Source of the DNA: Candidatus Marinacidobacterium sp.
Lineage (GTDB): Bacteria; Acidobacteriota; Vicinamibacteria; Marinacidobacterales; Marinacidobacteraceae
Reading direction: 5' to 3'
Assembly (NCBI GenBank): GCA_965220965.1
Contig: OZ244852.1
Span: 2,752,001-2,816,000 of the forward strand
Length of the DNA: 64,000 nt
Both the position numbers and the translations under genes were made by a program. Shown here one piece after another: positions 1-9,113 of this stretch. Positions within the stretch are counted from its first letter, which is position 1. Every line of letters begins with the position of its first letter. The notes beneath the pieces are model-generated. The model searched no databases and was not told the origin of the DNA. It worked only from the letters and a program-made list of their open reading frames with translations.

Positions 1-630
1 CCGGTCCGCCGGAGCGCCGGCGTGCGGCAGATAGAGGGTCTGGCCGCCAGTCGCCTGGTTTCCCCGATCCACCGCCTCGGCGCAGGTCGTGACGCGCGTC
101 CGGAACGCCTCGAAGTCGTCGGTCAGGTTCTGGTCGTCCTTGACCAGGTCGCCGCCGCCCCGGGCGAACCCCTCGGCGATGGCGGCCAGTTCCTCGTTCG
201 ACAGCCCTCGCGGCTTCACCGCGGTGGCCAGCAGCGGCCGCCCCAGGACGCCGCGCTGTCGCCGGACCCCCTCGACCCCGTGGTTGGGCCCCCGAAGGTC
301 GTTCAGGAGCGAGGCGGGCGGTTCCAGCTCGAGGAGCCGGACCCCCGGGAACATCGAGACGTTCCCGAACGAGACATTCAGCAGCCCGAAGAGGTCCGCC
401 GCCAGCTCCGCCGGGTAGGACAGCTCCACCCGGGAGGCCTCGGGCGCCTCCGGGTCCGCGGCGATCGCTTCGATGCGGCCGACGAGCTCTGCCGAAGGGC
501 TCCCGGCGGGAAGCAGCGCTTCGGGGACCTCGACCGTCTGTTCGATCGCGATCCGGCGGGCGGACGCCTCGGCGTCCGCCTCCGCCGCCGGGATCCGGTA
601 GACCGCCCGGAGCCGGTCCTCGGTCAGCAA
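1..630 (-). CDS. RuBisCO-like protein (form IV RLP), 3' end beyond window edge
   Basis: Hand translation from TTG at 630: LLTEDRLRAVYRI...RIAIEQTVE...GLLNVSFGNVSM...GPNHGVEGVR...RPLLATAVKPRGLS...GFARGGGDLVKDDQNLT, matching RuBisCO large-chain family motifs. Starts right after the OPT stop. Absent from the ORF track because it has no stop in the window. Confidence 0.9.
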   Translation of the reverse strand, partial: MLTEDRLRAVYRIPAAEADAEASARRIAIEQTVEVPEALLPAGSPSAELVGRIEAIAADPEAPEASRVELSYPAELAADLFGLLNVSFGNVSMFPGVRLLELEPPASLLNDLRGPNHGVEGVRRQRGVLGRPLLATAVKPRGLSNEELAAIAEGFARGGGDLVKDDQNLTDDFEAFRTRVTTCAEAVDRGNQATGGQTLYLPHAGAPADR

Positions 631-631
631 C

Positions 632-2584
632 CTAAGCCGATTTCCGGGCGTATCGGAGCGGGATCGCCACCAGGAACCAGCCGAGCGCGAGGAACACCAG
701 GAATCCCGGCGCCCCCGAAGGCGTCGCCACCGGAGTCGGCAGCGTGAAGTTCCAGACCGCGAACCCGGAGAGCGCCACCCCCATCAGGGCTTCGCCGGCG
801 ATGAGTCCCGAAGCGATCAGGGTTCCGGCGCTCTCGCCCCGGGTCCGTCCGGCGGCGTCCATCGACGCCATCCTCCGGTCCGCCAGCCAGCGGAAGCACC
901 CGCCGACCAGGATCGCGAACGTCGTCTGGAGCGGCAGGTACATCCCCACCGCAATGAGCATCGGGGACGGCGCCCGGATCAGGATGAGGAACAGGCACAG
1001 CGCCAGCCCGAACACCACGAGCGGCCACCGCATGTCCCCGCCGACGATGCCCTGGGAGAGCAGCGCCATGAGGCCCGCCTGCGGCGCCGGCAGCTCTTCG
1101 CCTCCGACCCCGATGCCTCCCGCCGCGATGTCTCCCCGGTGGAGCAGCATCATCGGCAGTACGAGGAAGGCCGAGGCGAAGACCACGCCGATGATCTCGG
1201 CCCACTCCATCCGGAACGGCGTTCCGCCGAGGAGTTGCCCGACCTTCAGATCCTGGAGCATGTCTCCGGCGACCGCGCAGGCGCAGCAAACCACCGCGGC
1301 CACCCCGAGAACCGCCGTCACCCCCTGGGTTCCGGTGACGCCGAGGAAGGTCATGAGCAGCGCCGCCAGCAGCAGCGTGGAGATGGTCAGCCCGGACACC
1401 GGGTTCGAGGAGCTCCCGATGACGCCGACGAGGTACCCGGCCACCGCGGAGAAGAAGAACCCGGCCACGATCATCACGATCGCCGAGCCGAGCGCTCCCA
1501 GCGGCTGCCCGGTGTAGTAGTAGTAGAGGAGGAACGTCGGAACGATCAGGGCGACGACCCCGGCCGTCGTCCAACTGAACGGGATGTCGCGTTCCTTCTC
1601 GTCGCCGCTGGCGGCCGGACCGTGGCCGGAGCGAAGCTCGGCGATCGAGCGGCGGAGTCCCTCCCCGAGCGACTTGCGCATCCGCAGCAGCGTCCAGACC
1701 GCTCCCGCGATCATCGCTCCGACCGCGATCGGGCGGACCAGTTCGGCCCAGACGACCCCGCTGACCGCGGCCCAGTCGGCGCCGGCGGACGCCAGCCGCC
1801 CGGCGTCGGCGAAGTCCGGGTTGAAGAACAGGACCGCCGGGATCATGAACCACCAGGCGAAGACGCCTCCGGAGAACGTCAGCGCCGCCAGCCGGGGTCC
1901 GATGATGTATCCGACCCCCAGATAGGCGGGCGAGGCCGCCGGAGTCGAAAACGGCAGGACCCCGGGCTGCGCCGCGGCGCCGAAGGACTGTCCCCCCACC
2001 GCGATCGCGCCCTGGAAGGAGCCGTAGCCGAAGGCGCCGGCGATCCGGTCGGTGAAGAGCTGGATGCCCTTCGAGTTCTTCAGGACCTCGATGAGCGCGC
2101 CGGCGCCCATCATCTGGAACAGCAGTCGCCCGCCTCCCCCGGCGCCGGCGCGGTGGATCTCGGCGGCGGCGACCGATTCGGGGAAGGGCAGCTCGGGGTC
2201 GTTCACCATGCTCCGCCGCAGGATGACGACGAAGAGGATCCCGAGCAGCCCCCCCACCAGCATGAGAAGCGTGCTCTCGAGGTAGTTGAACTCCTCCCAC
2301 GCTCCGGCCATCAGGAACGCCGGCAGCGTGAAGATGGCGCCGGCGGCGAGCGCCTCGCCCACCGACGCGGTCGTGCGGGCGATGTTCTCCTCGAGCAGGC
2401 TGCCGCGGAACAGGCCGCGGATCACGACCATCGAGACGACGGCGGCCGGGAACGTCGCCGCGACCGTCTGGCCGGCGCGGATCCCCAGATAGGCGTTCGC
2501 CGCTCCGAGGACCACGGCCATGAGCAGGCCGAGCAGGAGAGCCCGGAGGGTGAACTCGCGGGGGGTTCCTTGGGAATTCGCCAT
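632..2584 (-). CDS. OPT family oligopeptide transporter
   Basis: 650 aa polytopic; EFTLRAL, NAYLGIRAG, ENIARTTASVGE, LPFPES, SSNPVSG, DLKVG and APQA motifs; GGAGG SD. Confidence 0.93.
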   Translation of the reverse strand: MANSQGTPREFTLRALLLGLLMAVVLGAANAYLGIRAGQTVAATFPAAVVSMVVIRGLFRGSLLEENIARTTASVGEALAAGAIFTLPAFLMAGAWEEFNYLESTLLMLVGGLLGILFVVILRRSMVNDPELPFPESVAAAEIHRAGAGGGGRLLFQMMGAGALIEVLKNSKGIQLFTDRIAGAFGYGSFQGAIAVGGQSFGAAAQPGVLPFSTPAASPAYLGVGYIIGPRLAALTFSGGVFAWWFMIPAVLFFNPDFADAGRLASAGADWAAVSGVVWAELVRPIAVGAMIAGAVWTLLRMRKSLGEGLRRSIAELRSGHGPAASGDEKERDIPFSWTTAGVVALIVPTFLLYYYYTGQPLGALGSAIVMIVAGFFFSAVAGYLVGVIGSSSNPVSGLTISTLLLAALLMTFLGVTGTQGVTAVLGVAAVVCCACAVAGDMLQDLKVGQLLGGTPFRMEWAEIIGVVFASAFLVLPMMLLHRGDIAAGGIGVGGEELPAPQAGLMALLSQGIVGGDMRWPLVVFGLALCLFLILIRAPSPMLIAVGMYLPLQTTFAILVGGCFRWLADRRMASMDAAGRTRGESAGTLIASGLIAGEALMGVALSGFAVWNFTLPTPVATPSGAPGFLVFLALGWFLVAIPLRYARKSA

Positions 2585-2685
2585 GGGGCCTCCTCGGTCG
2601 CCAGCCCCTTGAGGCTCTGGGGGCGAGTCGCGTTATATCACCGGCGGACGCCGGTTCCCGCGTCCCCGGCTTGCCGCGCGACGCC

Positions 2686-3750
2686 TTACCGGTATCGGTG
2701 GGAGCGGCGGGGGCCCTCCTCGCCGAGCCGCAGACCGGTGTCGGCGGTGAGCTCGGGGCCGTCCTGGTCCCCTCTGCGGAGCGCCAGCCAGCCGGCGGCG
2801 GCGATCATGGCGGCGTTGTCGGTGGACAGCAGGATCGACGGAGTGAACACCGGAAGTCCCCGCTCGGCGCCCAGCTCCTGGAACCGCTCGCGCAGCGCCG
2901 AGTTCGCGGCGACGCCCCCGGAGAGCAGGATCGAGGCGGCTTCGACGGTCTCGAGCGCGCGCTCCACCGACCGGGCCAGCGCCCGGACGACGGCCGACTG
3001 GAAGGACGCCGCCAGATCGCGGATGTCCTCGCGCTCGAACGGGTCCTCGCCGTCCCCGACCGGCGCGATCCCGTCGCGCTCGATGAGCCGCAGCACCTGG
3101 GTCTTGAGCCCCGAGAAGCTGAAGTCCAGCCGGGCCCCGTCGGAGAAATGGGGCAGCGAGAACACGTGGGCGCCGGGGTCGCCTCGGCGGGCCAGACGAT
3201 CCATGATCGGGCCGCCGGGGTAGCCGAGTCCGAGCCGCTTCGCCAGCTTGTCGTAGGCCTCTCCGGCGGCGTCGTCGCGGGTCTTGCCGAGCAGCCGGTA
3301 GTCGCCGTCGCGCTCGCTCAGGAAGAGGCTGGTGTGCCCGCCGGAGACGACGAGCGCCAGCGCCGGATGGGGGACGTCCGGGCCGTCGAGGTAGCACGCC
3401 CGGATGTGTCCCTCGATGTGGTCCACGCCGATCAGCGGGAGCCCGCGGGCGAAGGCCAGCGCCTTGGCGAAAGAGACGCCCGCGAGGAGCGCCCCGATGA
3501 GCCCCGGCCCCCGGGTGACCGCCACCCCGTCGATGTCGTCGAGGCCGGCTCCGGCGTCGGTGAGCGCCCGGTCCACCACCGGGCGCAGGTTCACCAGGTG
3601 CTGCCTCGAGGCGATTTCCGGAACGACCCCCCCGTAGGGCGCATGCGCCGCGATCTGCGAAGACACGACGTTGGACAGCACCCGCCGCCCGTCCTCCACC
3701 ACCGCCGCCGAGGTCTCGTCACACGAGGTCTCGATCCCCAGGATCTTCAT
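2686..3750 (-). CDS. tsaD: tRNA N6-adenosine threonylcarbamoyltransferase TsaD
   Basis: ILGIETSCDET, GGVVPEIASRQH, HIEGH, VSGGHT, DDAAGEAYDK, FSFSGLKT, TDNAAMIA. Confidence 0.97.
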   Translation of the reverse strand: MKILGIETSCDETSAAVVEDGRRVLSNVVSSQIAAHAPYGGVVPEIASRQHLVNLRPVVDRALTDAGAGLDDIDGVAVTRGPGLIGALLAGVSFAKALAFARGLPLIGVDHIEGHIRACYLDGPDVPHPALALVVSGGHTSLFLSERDGDYRLLGKTRDDAAGEAYDKLAKRLGLGYPGGPIMDRLARRGDPGAHVFSLPHFSDGARLDFSFSGLKTQVLRLIERDGIAPVGDGEDPFEREDIRDLAASFQSAVVRALARSVERALETVEAASILLSGGVAANSALRERFQELGAERGLPVFTPSILLSTDNAAMIAAAGWLALRRGDQDGPELTADTGLRLGEEGPRRSHRYR

Positions 3751-3842
3751 GTCCCCGGGTTATAGCGCCTCTTGCGAATCCGACTCCCCGGCGACGGCGC
3801 GGTCCGTTCGTTGTGGTCGCGATCCCTCGCTGACCAGGGAGG

Positions 3843-5315
3843 TCAGCTCCCGTCGGAGAACGCCGCCAGGATCTGCGAAACGGTCGTGTTGAGGTACTCG
3901 TCGAAATGGCCCGGGCTCGGGCCCAGCCGCACCAGGACCACGTCCTCCGACGGGATCACCATCGTGACCTGCCCCATGAATCCCGCGGCCCAGTAGGCGT
4001 CGCTCGGGATGTCGGGGTGACGTCCGCCCCGGTTCAGCCACCAGAGCCCGCCGTACTCCTGTTCCGCTGCTCCCGGGGAGGGAGCGCTCACGAAATCGGA
4101 CCAGCCCTCCGGCAGGATCCGGTCCCCTTCGAAGACGCCGTCCCACAGGTGGAGGAGGCCGAAGCGCATCCAGTCGGCGGCGCTTCCGTACTCGTAGCCG
4201 CTCAGGATGAAGTTGCCCCAGGGGTCCGGCTCAAGCACGAAATCCCGCGACCCGATCCGGTCGAGGAACAGGCGCTGCGGGTGGGTCAGGTACTCCCGGT
4301 CGTTGTTCTCGACCGTCTCCCGGACGATCCGGCCGAGGGTCAGCGGGTCCGAATTGCGGTAGCGGAACTCCGTTCCCGGCTCGATCCCGTAGGGCTGCCC
4401 GGAAGCGTGCTCGAAGACGTTCAGGGCGTCGAAGTAGACGCGCATGTGCTCGTTCTCGGGGACGAGCGACGCGGGGCCCTCGAGGCCCAGGTTCGTCATG
4501 TCGAGCCCGCTGGTCATCGTGAGCAGATGGCGCATCAGGATGGCGCCGCGAGGATCCCCTTCCTCCCTCCACTCCGCGATCGGAGCGGGGGTGTCCAGCG
4601 TGAAGTGGCCCTTCTGCATCAGCGTCCCGATGAGCGCCGCCGTCAGGCTCTTTCCCTCGGACCAACTGATCTGCGGGGTGTTTCGGGTGAAGCCGGGCGC
4701 GTACCGCTCCCCCACGATCCTTCCGCGCCGCACGACCGCGAGCGCGCGGGTGTTCTGCGGCGCCGCCATCGCGGCGTCCAGCGCGGCGTCGAGCGCCGCC
4801 CGGTCCACGCCCGCCTGATCGGGCTCCTCGGCCCCCACATCGCCGAGCGGCCAGTCGGTCTCGTCCGCCGGCGGCTGGTCCCGCGGAACCGCGACCGGCT
4901 CGAAGCGAACCGTGTCCATCCCGTCTTCCAGCAGCGTGCAGCCCTGGTCCCCGTGGTGCTTCGCGGTCCTCGGGTTCACGTCGGCGGCCCACACCGTCGC
5001 GCTCCGCGCCTCGGTGTCCACGGTCCACTCGAAGTCATCCTGCCATCCGAACGCCGGGAAGGGCTGGATGTCCTCCGCCAGCACTGTCTCCGGCGACCGC
5101 TCGGTCACCCGCCCGACGACGAACACCCCGGAACAGAGGTGGTGCGCCGCGATGCCGGCGGCGTAGCGGCGGAACCGCTCGTCGAGGTCGGCGCCCTCCG
5201 GTTCCGACCCGCCGTTCGTCATGCAGGCCGGGACCGCGATCAGCCCGATCCCGAGCAGCGCCAGCAGCGCGATCGTGAGCGTCGTTCCGACGCGGTTCTT
5301 CGTTGACTTGATCAT
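3843..5315 (-). CDS. Exported serine hydrolase, beta-lactamase (class C-like) family
   Basis: SxxK (SEGKS), YxN (YRN), LLTMTSG; signal/lipobox-like IAVPAC; start revised to MIKSTK at 5315. Confidence 0.85.
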   Translation of the reverse strand: MIKSTKNRVGTTLTIALLALLGIGLIAVPACMTNGGSEPEGADLDERFRRYAAGIAAHHLCSGVFVVGRVTERSPETVLAEDIQPFPAFGWQDDFEWTVDTEARSATVWAADVNPRTAKHHGDQGCTLLEDGMDTVRFEPVAVPRDQPPADETDWPLGDVGAEEPDQAGVDRAALDAALDAAMAAPQNTRALAVVRRGRIVGERYAPGFTRNTPQISWSEGKSLTAALIGTLMQKGHFTLDTPAPIAEWREEGDPRGAILMRHLLTMTSGLDMTNLGLEGPASLVPENEHMRVYFDALNVFEHASGQPYGIEPGTEFRYRNSDPLTLGRIVRETVENNDREYLTHPQRLFLDRIGSRDFVLEPDPWGNFILSGYEYGSAADWMRFGLLHLWDGVFEGDRILPEGWSDFVSAPSPGAAEQEYGGLWWLNRGGRHPDIPSDAYWAAGFMGQVTMVIPSEDVVLVRLGPSPGHFDEYLNTTVSQILAAFSDGS

Positions 5316-5335
5316 CCTTCCGGCCCTCTCCTGTC

Positions 5336-5426
5336 TCAGCGGAACAGGTACTTGAGTGCGGCTACGAACAGCGCCGTAGATTGAAGCACGAGCCCCCTCG
5401 CCGTCCATTCATCAAGGGCCAGCCAT
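5336..5426 (-). pseudogene. C-terminal remnant of a small membrane protein truncated at the MITE boundary
   Basis: Reads WLALDEWTARGLVLQSTALFVAALKYLFR-stop; hydrophobic tail that begins exactly at the left terminal inverted repeat. Confidence 0.4.
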
Positions 5427-5659
5427 GCAGCCCGTTGACAAAGTCCCGCGGCCCGGTTCTCCCGGTAGGGGCTCGAGCGGCGATGGCCCCCACCGGGAGA
5501 ACTGGCCCCGCCCGAATCACGCCCCTTCGGGGCGCTCATCGTTGCGCTTCATTCGGCATCCCGATGCCGGTTCTCCCGGTAGGGGCCCTCGCTCACGCGC
5601 CTTGTCGGCCGGGCGCCTCACCGCTCTCGGCGCTGCACGCGACTTTATCAACGGACTGC
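5427..5659. mobile_element. Non-autonomous MITE-like element, copy 1
   Basis: TIRs GCAGCCCGTTGACAAAGTC (5427-5445) and GACTTTATCAACGGACTGC (5641-5659), 17/19 complementary; colinear homology with 53022-53207 in inverted orientation; no transposase. Confidence 0.8.
5453..5586. repeat. Three copies of a 20-bp module CCGGTTCTCCCGGTAGGGGC
   Basis: Identical direct copies at 5453-5472 and 5567-5586; inverted copy (18/20) at 5486-5505. Confidence 0.85.
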
Positions 5660-5693
5660 TAGGCCGGAGCCCACCGGTTCGATTCCCGTCCCA

Positions 5694-6176
5694 TCAGGCA
5701 TTCGTGATCCGGTACCCCATCATGAGTTCGGAAACCCCGAACGCCCGCGCCAACCTGGGAATTGGCACATGCCGGACGGGCTTCAGAAGCGCCGACGGCA
5801 CGAGAAGGTTTGCGGCGAAGTGGTTGGCTTCCTTTTCCAGAGGATCGTCGTCCGCGGTCAGGTCAGAACGTCGCGGGAGCACGCGGTACCGCCCTGGGTC
5901 GGCCTCGTACGCCTCGCGGTGGAGTAGCCAGTGGCCCAGCTCGTGCCCCATCGTGAAGCGCTGTCTCGTGACCGGATCGGCGACGTTGACGTAGATCCTG
6001 CTGTTGGGGAAGTCGCAACATCCGGAGACGCGGTCCGAGAACTCCCCGAAGCCGGTGAAGACGAGTTCCGCGCCGTTCGCCTCGATCAACTCGGCGACCG
6101 GGATCGGCGGCGTCGGGATTGATGCGGTCAGTTCCGCGGCCCTTTGACGGGCTCTCCGGTAGTCGGGGCTCCTCAC
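5694..6176 (-). CDS. ImmA/IrrE family metallo-endopeptidase
   Basis: IYVN...RQRFTMGHELGH (HExxH)...EKEANHFAANLLVP...LARAFGVS; start uncertain (GTG 6176); the ORF-track extension to 6851 is likely spurious. Confidence 0.88.
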   Translation of the reverse strand: MRSPDYRRARQRAAELTASIPTPPIPVAELIEANGAELVFTGFGEFSDRVSGCCDFPNSRIYVNVADPVTRQRFTMGHELGHWLLHREAYEADPGRYRVLPRRSDLTADDDPLEKEANHFAANLLVPSALLKPVRHVPIPRLARAFGVSELMMGYRITNA

Positions 6177-6466
6177 GTTTCGACCCGCCAACTCATGATG
6201 CCCAACCTCCGGCTTCACAGCGTAGCTGTCAGGGAACCGCGAGCGAACGCTGTAGGTGTCGAAATCTACCACTTGCCATGAACGGTGATCTGTTCGTGAG
6301 GGCTCGAATATGACATCCACGGTCGTATCGCGCGCCGTTATCGGCTGTCGGACTGGGCGCCGAGAGTGAGCAGGCGGATCATCTCGACAGTCCCGGGTGT
6401 TGCCGGCTCCTCCGCGACGCCCGCGTGGCCTCCAGCGGCGGCCCTCCCCGCCACACCGCCCGCTTC

Positions 6467-6496
6467 TTGACAGGGAACCCGGCGGGACGGTAGGAA
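6467..6496 (+). promoter_or_regulatory. Putative sigma70 promoter of leader peptide/ABC operon
   Basis: Perfect TTGACA at 6467-6472; weak -10 TAGGAA at 6491-6496, 7 nt before ATG 6504. Confidence 0.45.
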
Positions 6497-6503
6497 TTGA
6501 CCC

Positions 6504-6779
6504 ATGCGAGGCGGTTGGCGGGGACTCCTGCGCTGGAGCGTGCTGCTTGCGCTCCTGCCGCTCGCGCTGGCGGCGGCTCCCCACTTCCACGACGACGGCG
6601 AAGTCGAGGACGGCCGCTGCGTCCTGTGCCAGGCCAACGAAGGCCCGGCCGTCATGGACGCGGATCCGCAGCCACCTCTCGCCGCTGTTCGCCACGCCTC
6701 GTTCGCCGGTGAGGCGGCGCCCCATGGCGACGCCTGTCTCGAGGGCCTTTCGGCCCGGGGCCCTCCCATCCGAGCCTGA
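6504..6779 (+). CDS. Secreted metal-binding leader peptide, DUF2946/CruR-like, with RGPP arrest-type motif
   Basis: Signal peptide, HFH, CVLC, C-terminal SARGPPIRA-stop; 137 nt upstream of ABC ATPase on the same strand. Confidence 0.75.
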   Translation: MRGGWRGLLRWSVLLALLPLALAAAPHFHDDGEVEDGRCVLCQANEGPAVMDADPQPPLAAVRHASFAGEAAPHGDACLEGLSARGPPIRA

Positions 6780-6916
6780 CAACACCCGGGCGGGCCCGCC
6801 CGCCCACGCCCGTTGTCGCGCTGACGCGGTGATTCCGCGTCCGCGCTCCATCCCCGACCAGGGGATCGTGTCCCGGAGACTCGTCTGGAGGCCCCGGGAC
6901 TCTCCGGAGGCTCTCC

Positions 6917-7705
6917 ATGAACCAGTCCGAGGACCGAGCGCGGTCCCAAACCACCGGGAACGGTTCGCTCGCCGTTCTTGAAGCCCGGGCGCTCTCGAAG
7001 CGCTACGGCGACACCGAGGCGGTGAGCGACCTCGACCTCCGGGTGCGTCCCGGCGAGATCTACTGTCTGCTGGGGCCGAACGGCGCCGGCAAGACGACCA
7101 CGATCCATCTCTTTCTCGGATTCGTGGATCCCACCTCCGGGAGCGTGCGGGTCGGCGGTCAGGACGTTTCCGAGGCTCCGCTGGAGTCCAAGCGCCGCCT
7201 CGCCTACATCCCGGAGCAGGTCATGCTCTACCCGAACCTGACCGGCCTCGAAAACCTCGAGTACTTCACCGCGCTCGGCGCCGGCGCCAACCGGAATGGC
7301 GCCGTTTCGCCCAGCGCGCTCGCTGACACCCTGGTCGCCGCCGGTCTCCAGCCGGACGCGGTCCGTCGCCGCGTGTCGGGCTACTCGAAGGGAATGCGCC
7401 AGAAGGTGGGCGTCGCCATCGCCATGGCGAAGCAGGCCGATGCGCTCCTGCTCGACGAGCCCACCTCCGGCCTCGATCCCCAGGCCTCGAACGAGTTCTC
7501 GGCGCTGCTCGGCCGACTGCGCGAGCAGGGCGCCGGCATCCTCATGGCGACCCACGACCTCTTCCGCGCCAAGGAAACGGGAACCCGCGTGGGGATCATG
7601 CGGGAGGGCCGCCTGGTCGACGAGTTCTCGACCGAAGAGATCGGACACGCCGATCTCGAACGCATCTACCTTCGCCACATGGCCCTGACGGGAGGTTCGT
7701 CATGA
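6917..7705 (+). CDS. ABC transporter ATP-binding protein
   Basis: GPNGAGKTT, YSKGMRQK signature, LLLDEPTSGLDP, THD. Confidence 0.95.
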   Translation: MNQSEDRARSQTTGNGSLAVLEARALSKRYGDTEAVSDLDLRVRPGEIYCLLGPNGAGKTTTIHLFLGFVDPTSGSVRVGGQDVSEAPLESKRRLAYIPEQVMLYPNLTGLENLEYFTALGAGANRNGAVSPSALADTLVAAGLQPDAVRRRVSGYSKGMRQKVGVAIAMAKQADALLLDEPTSGLDPQASNEFSALLGRLREQGAGILMATHDLFRAKETGTRVGIMREGRLVDEFSTEEIGHADLERIYLRHMALTGGSS

Positions 7706-9111
7706 TTCGTACGATCGCCAGAAAGGAATTCACCGATCTGCTTCGCGACGGCCGCTTCCGGTGGGCCGCCGCTCTGGTGGGAGCCCTGCTCCTCGTCTCC
7801 CTCGGCGCCGGATGGGTGCAGGCGGACCGGGCTGCGCGTGAACACGCGGCCGCCCAGGCGACCGCGCGGGATCACTGGGAGTCCCAGGGCGACAAGAACC
7901 CGCACTCCGCGGCCCATTACGGCATCTACGCCTTCAAGCCGCGCCTCCCGCTGTCGTTCCTGGACCAGGGAGTCGATCCGTACGCCGGAACCTCCGTCTG
8001 GCTCGAGGCGCATCGTCAGAACGAGTTCCTGATGCGCCCGGCGCAGGACCGGACCGCCGGCCAGCGCCTCGGCGCCCTGACCGCGGCCAGTGTGCTGCAG
8101 CACCTCGTGCCGCTGCTCGTGATCCTGCTCGGCTTCGGAGCGCTCGCCGCGGAGCGGGAGCACGGAACGCTCCGGCAGCTCCTGGCGGCCGGGGTCTCGC
8201 GGAGCCGTCTCGCCGTTGGCAAGGCGCTCGGCGTGGCGGGCGCGCTATCGCTGCTCGTCGTTCCCGCCGCCGTGCTGGGGGTCGCGGCCCTCGTGCTGGC
8301 GACGCCGGGTCCCGCAGCTTCTCCCTTCGCCCGCGGCGCGGTGCTGGTCGCGGTTTACCTCGCCTATTTCGCGGCCTTCATCGGGCTCGCGCTGGCCGTT
8401 TCCGCATGGGCCCGGACCTCGCGCGCCGCGCTCGTCGTGCTCCTCGGGATCTGGGTGGCGAACGGCCTGCTCGTCCCGCGGGTGGCGGTGGATCTCTCCC
8501 GCAACCTGCATCCGACGCCATCGGCCGTCGAGTTCGCGCGGGACATGGAGCGCGACATGGCGTCCGGGGCGCCCGGGATCGAACGGCCTGATCGCGCCGC
8601 GCTCCAGCAGCAACTGATGGAGGAACACGGGGTGCACCATGTGGAGGACCTCCCGTTCAACGAGGTGGGCGTCTATCTCCAGGCCAGCGAGGAGTACAGC
8701 AACCAGATCTTCGACCTGAACTACACCGATCTGTGGGACCGGTTCGAAAGGCAGGGACGGGTGCACGAGACCGTCGGGGTCATCTCTCCGCTGCTGGCGG
8801 TCCGGACGCTGTCCATGGGTCTCGCCGGGACCGATGTCGAACAGCACCGCCACTTCGCCGCCGCCGCCGAGGAGTACCGGCGGGATCTGATGCGCCGGAT
8901 GAACGGCGATCTCGCCGAGAACTCGCGCACCGGGGACACCTACATCGCCGACGCCTCGCTGTGGGAGTCGACGCCTCCCTTCGAATATGACGCCCCGACG
9001 CTGGGCTGGGTCCTGGCCAACCGGTCGCTCTCGCTCGGTGTGCTGGGGCTCTGGCTGGTCGCGGCGGTTCTGGCGGCGGGGGTCAGTTTCCGACGCGCCG
9101 AGGTGGCCTGA
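7702..9111 (+). CDS. ABC-2 type permease, DUF3526 family
   Basis: IARKEF, KNPHSAAHYG, LEAHRQN, AEREHGTLRQLL; ATGA overlap with ATPase. Confidence 0.85.
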   Translation: MIRTIARKEFTDLLRDGRFRWAAALVGALLLVSLGAGWVQADRAAREHAAAQATARDHWESQGDKNPHSAAHYGIYAFKPRLPLSFLDQGVDPYAGTSVWLEAHRQNEFLMRPAQDRTAGQRLGALTAASVLQHLVPLLVILLGFGALAAEREHGTLRQLLAAGVSRSRLAVGKALGVAGALSLLVVPAAVLGVAALVLATPGPAASPFARGAVLVAVYLAYFAAFIGLALAVSAWARTSRAALVVLLGIWVANGLLVPRVAVDLSRNLHPTPSAVEFARDMERDMASGAPGIERPDRAALQQQLMEEHGVHHVEDLPFNEVGVYLQASEEYSNQIFDLNYTDLWDRFERQGRVHETVGVISPLLAVRTLSMGLAGTDVEQHRHFAAAAEEYRRDLMRRMNGDLAENSRTGDTYIADASLWESTPPFEYDAPTLGWVLANRSLSLGVLGLWLVAAVLAAGVSFRRAEVA

Positions 9112-9113
9112 CC

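Noticed and set aside
5453-5586. 20-bp repeats as a mini CRISPR array
   Set aside because: Only three copies, one inverted, irregular spacing, embedded in a MITE, no cas genes
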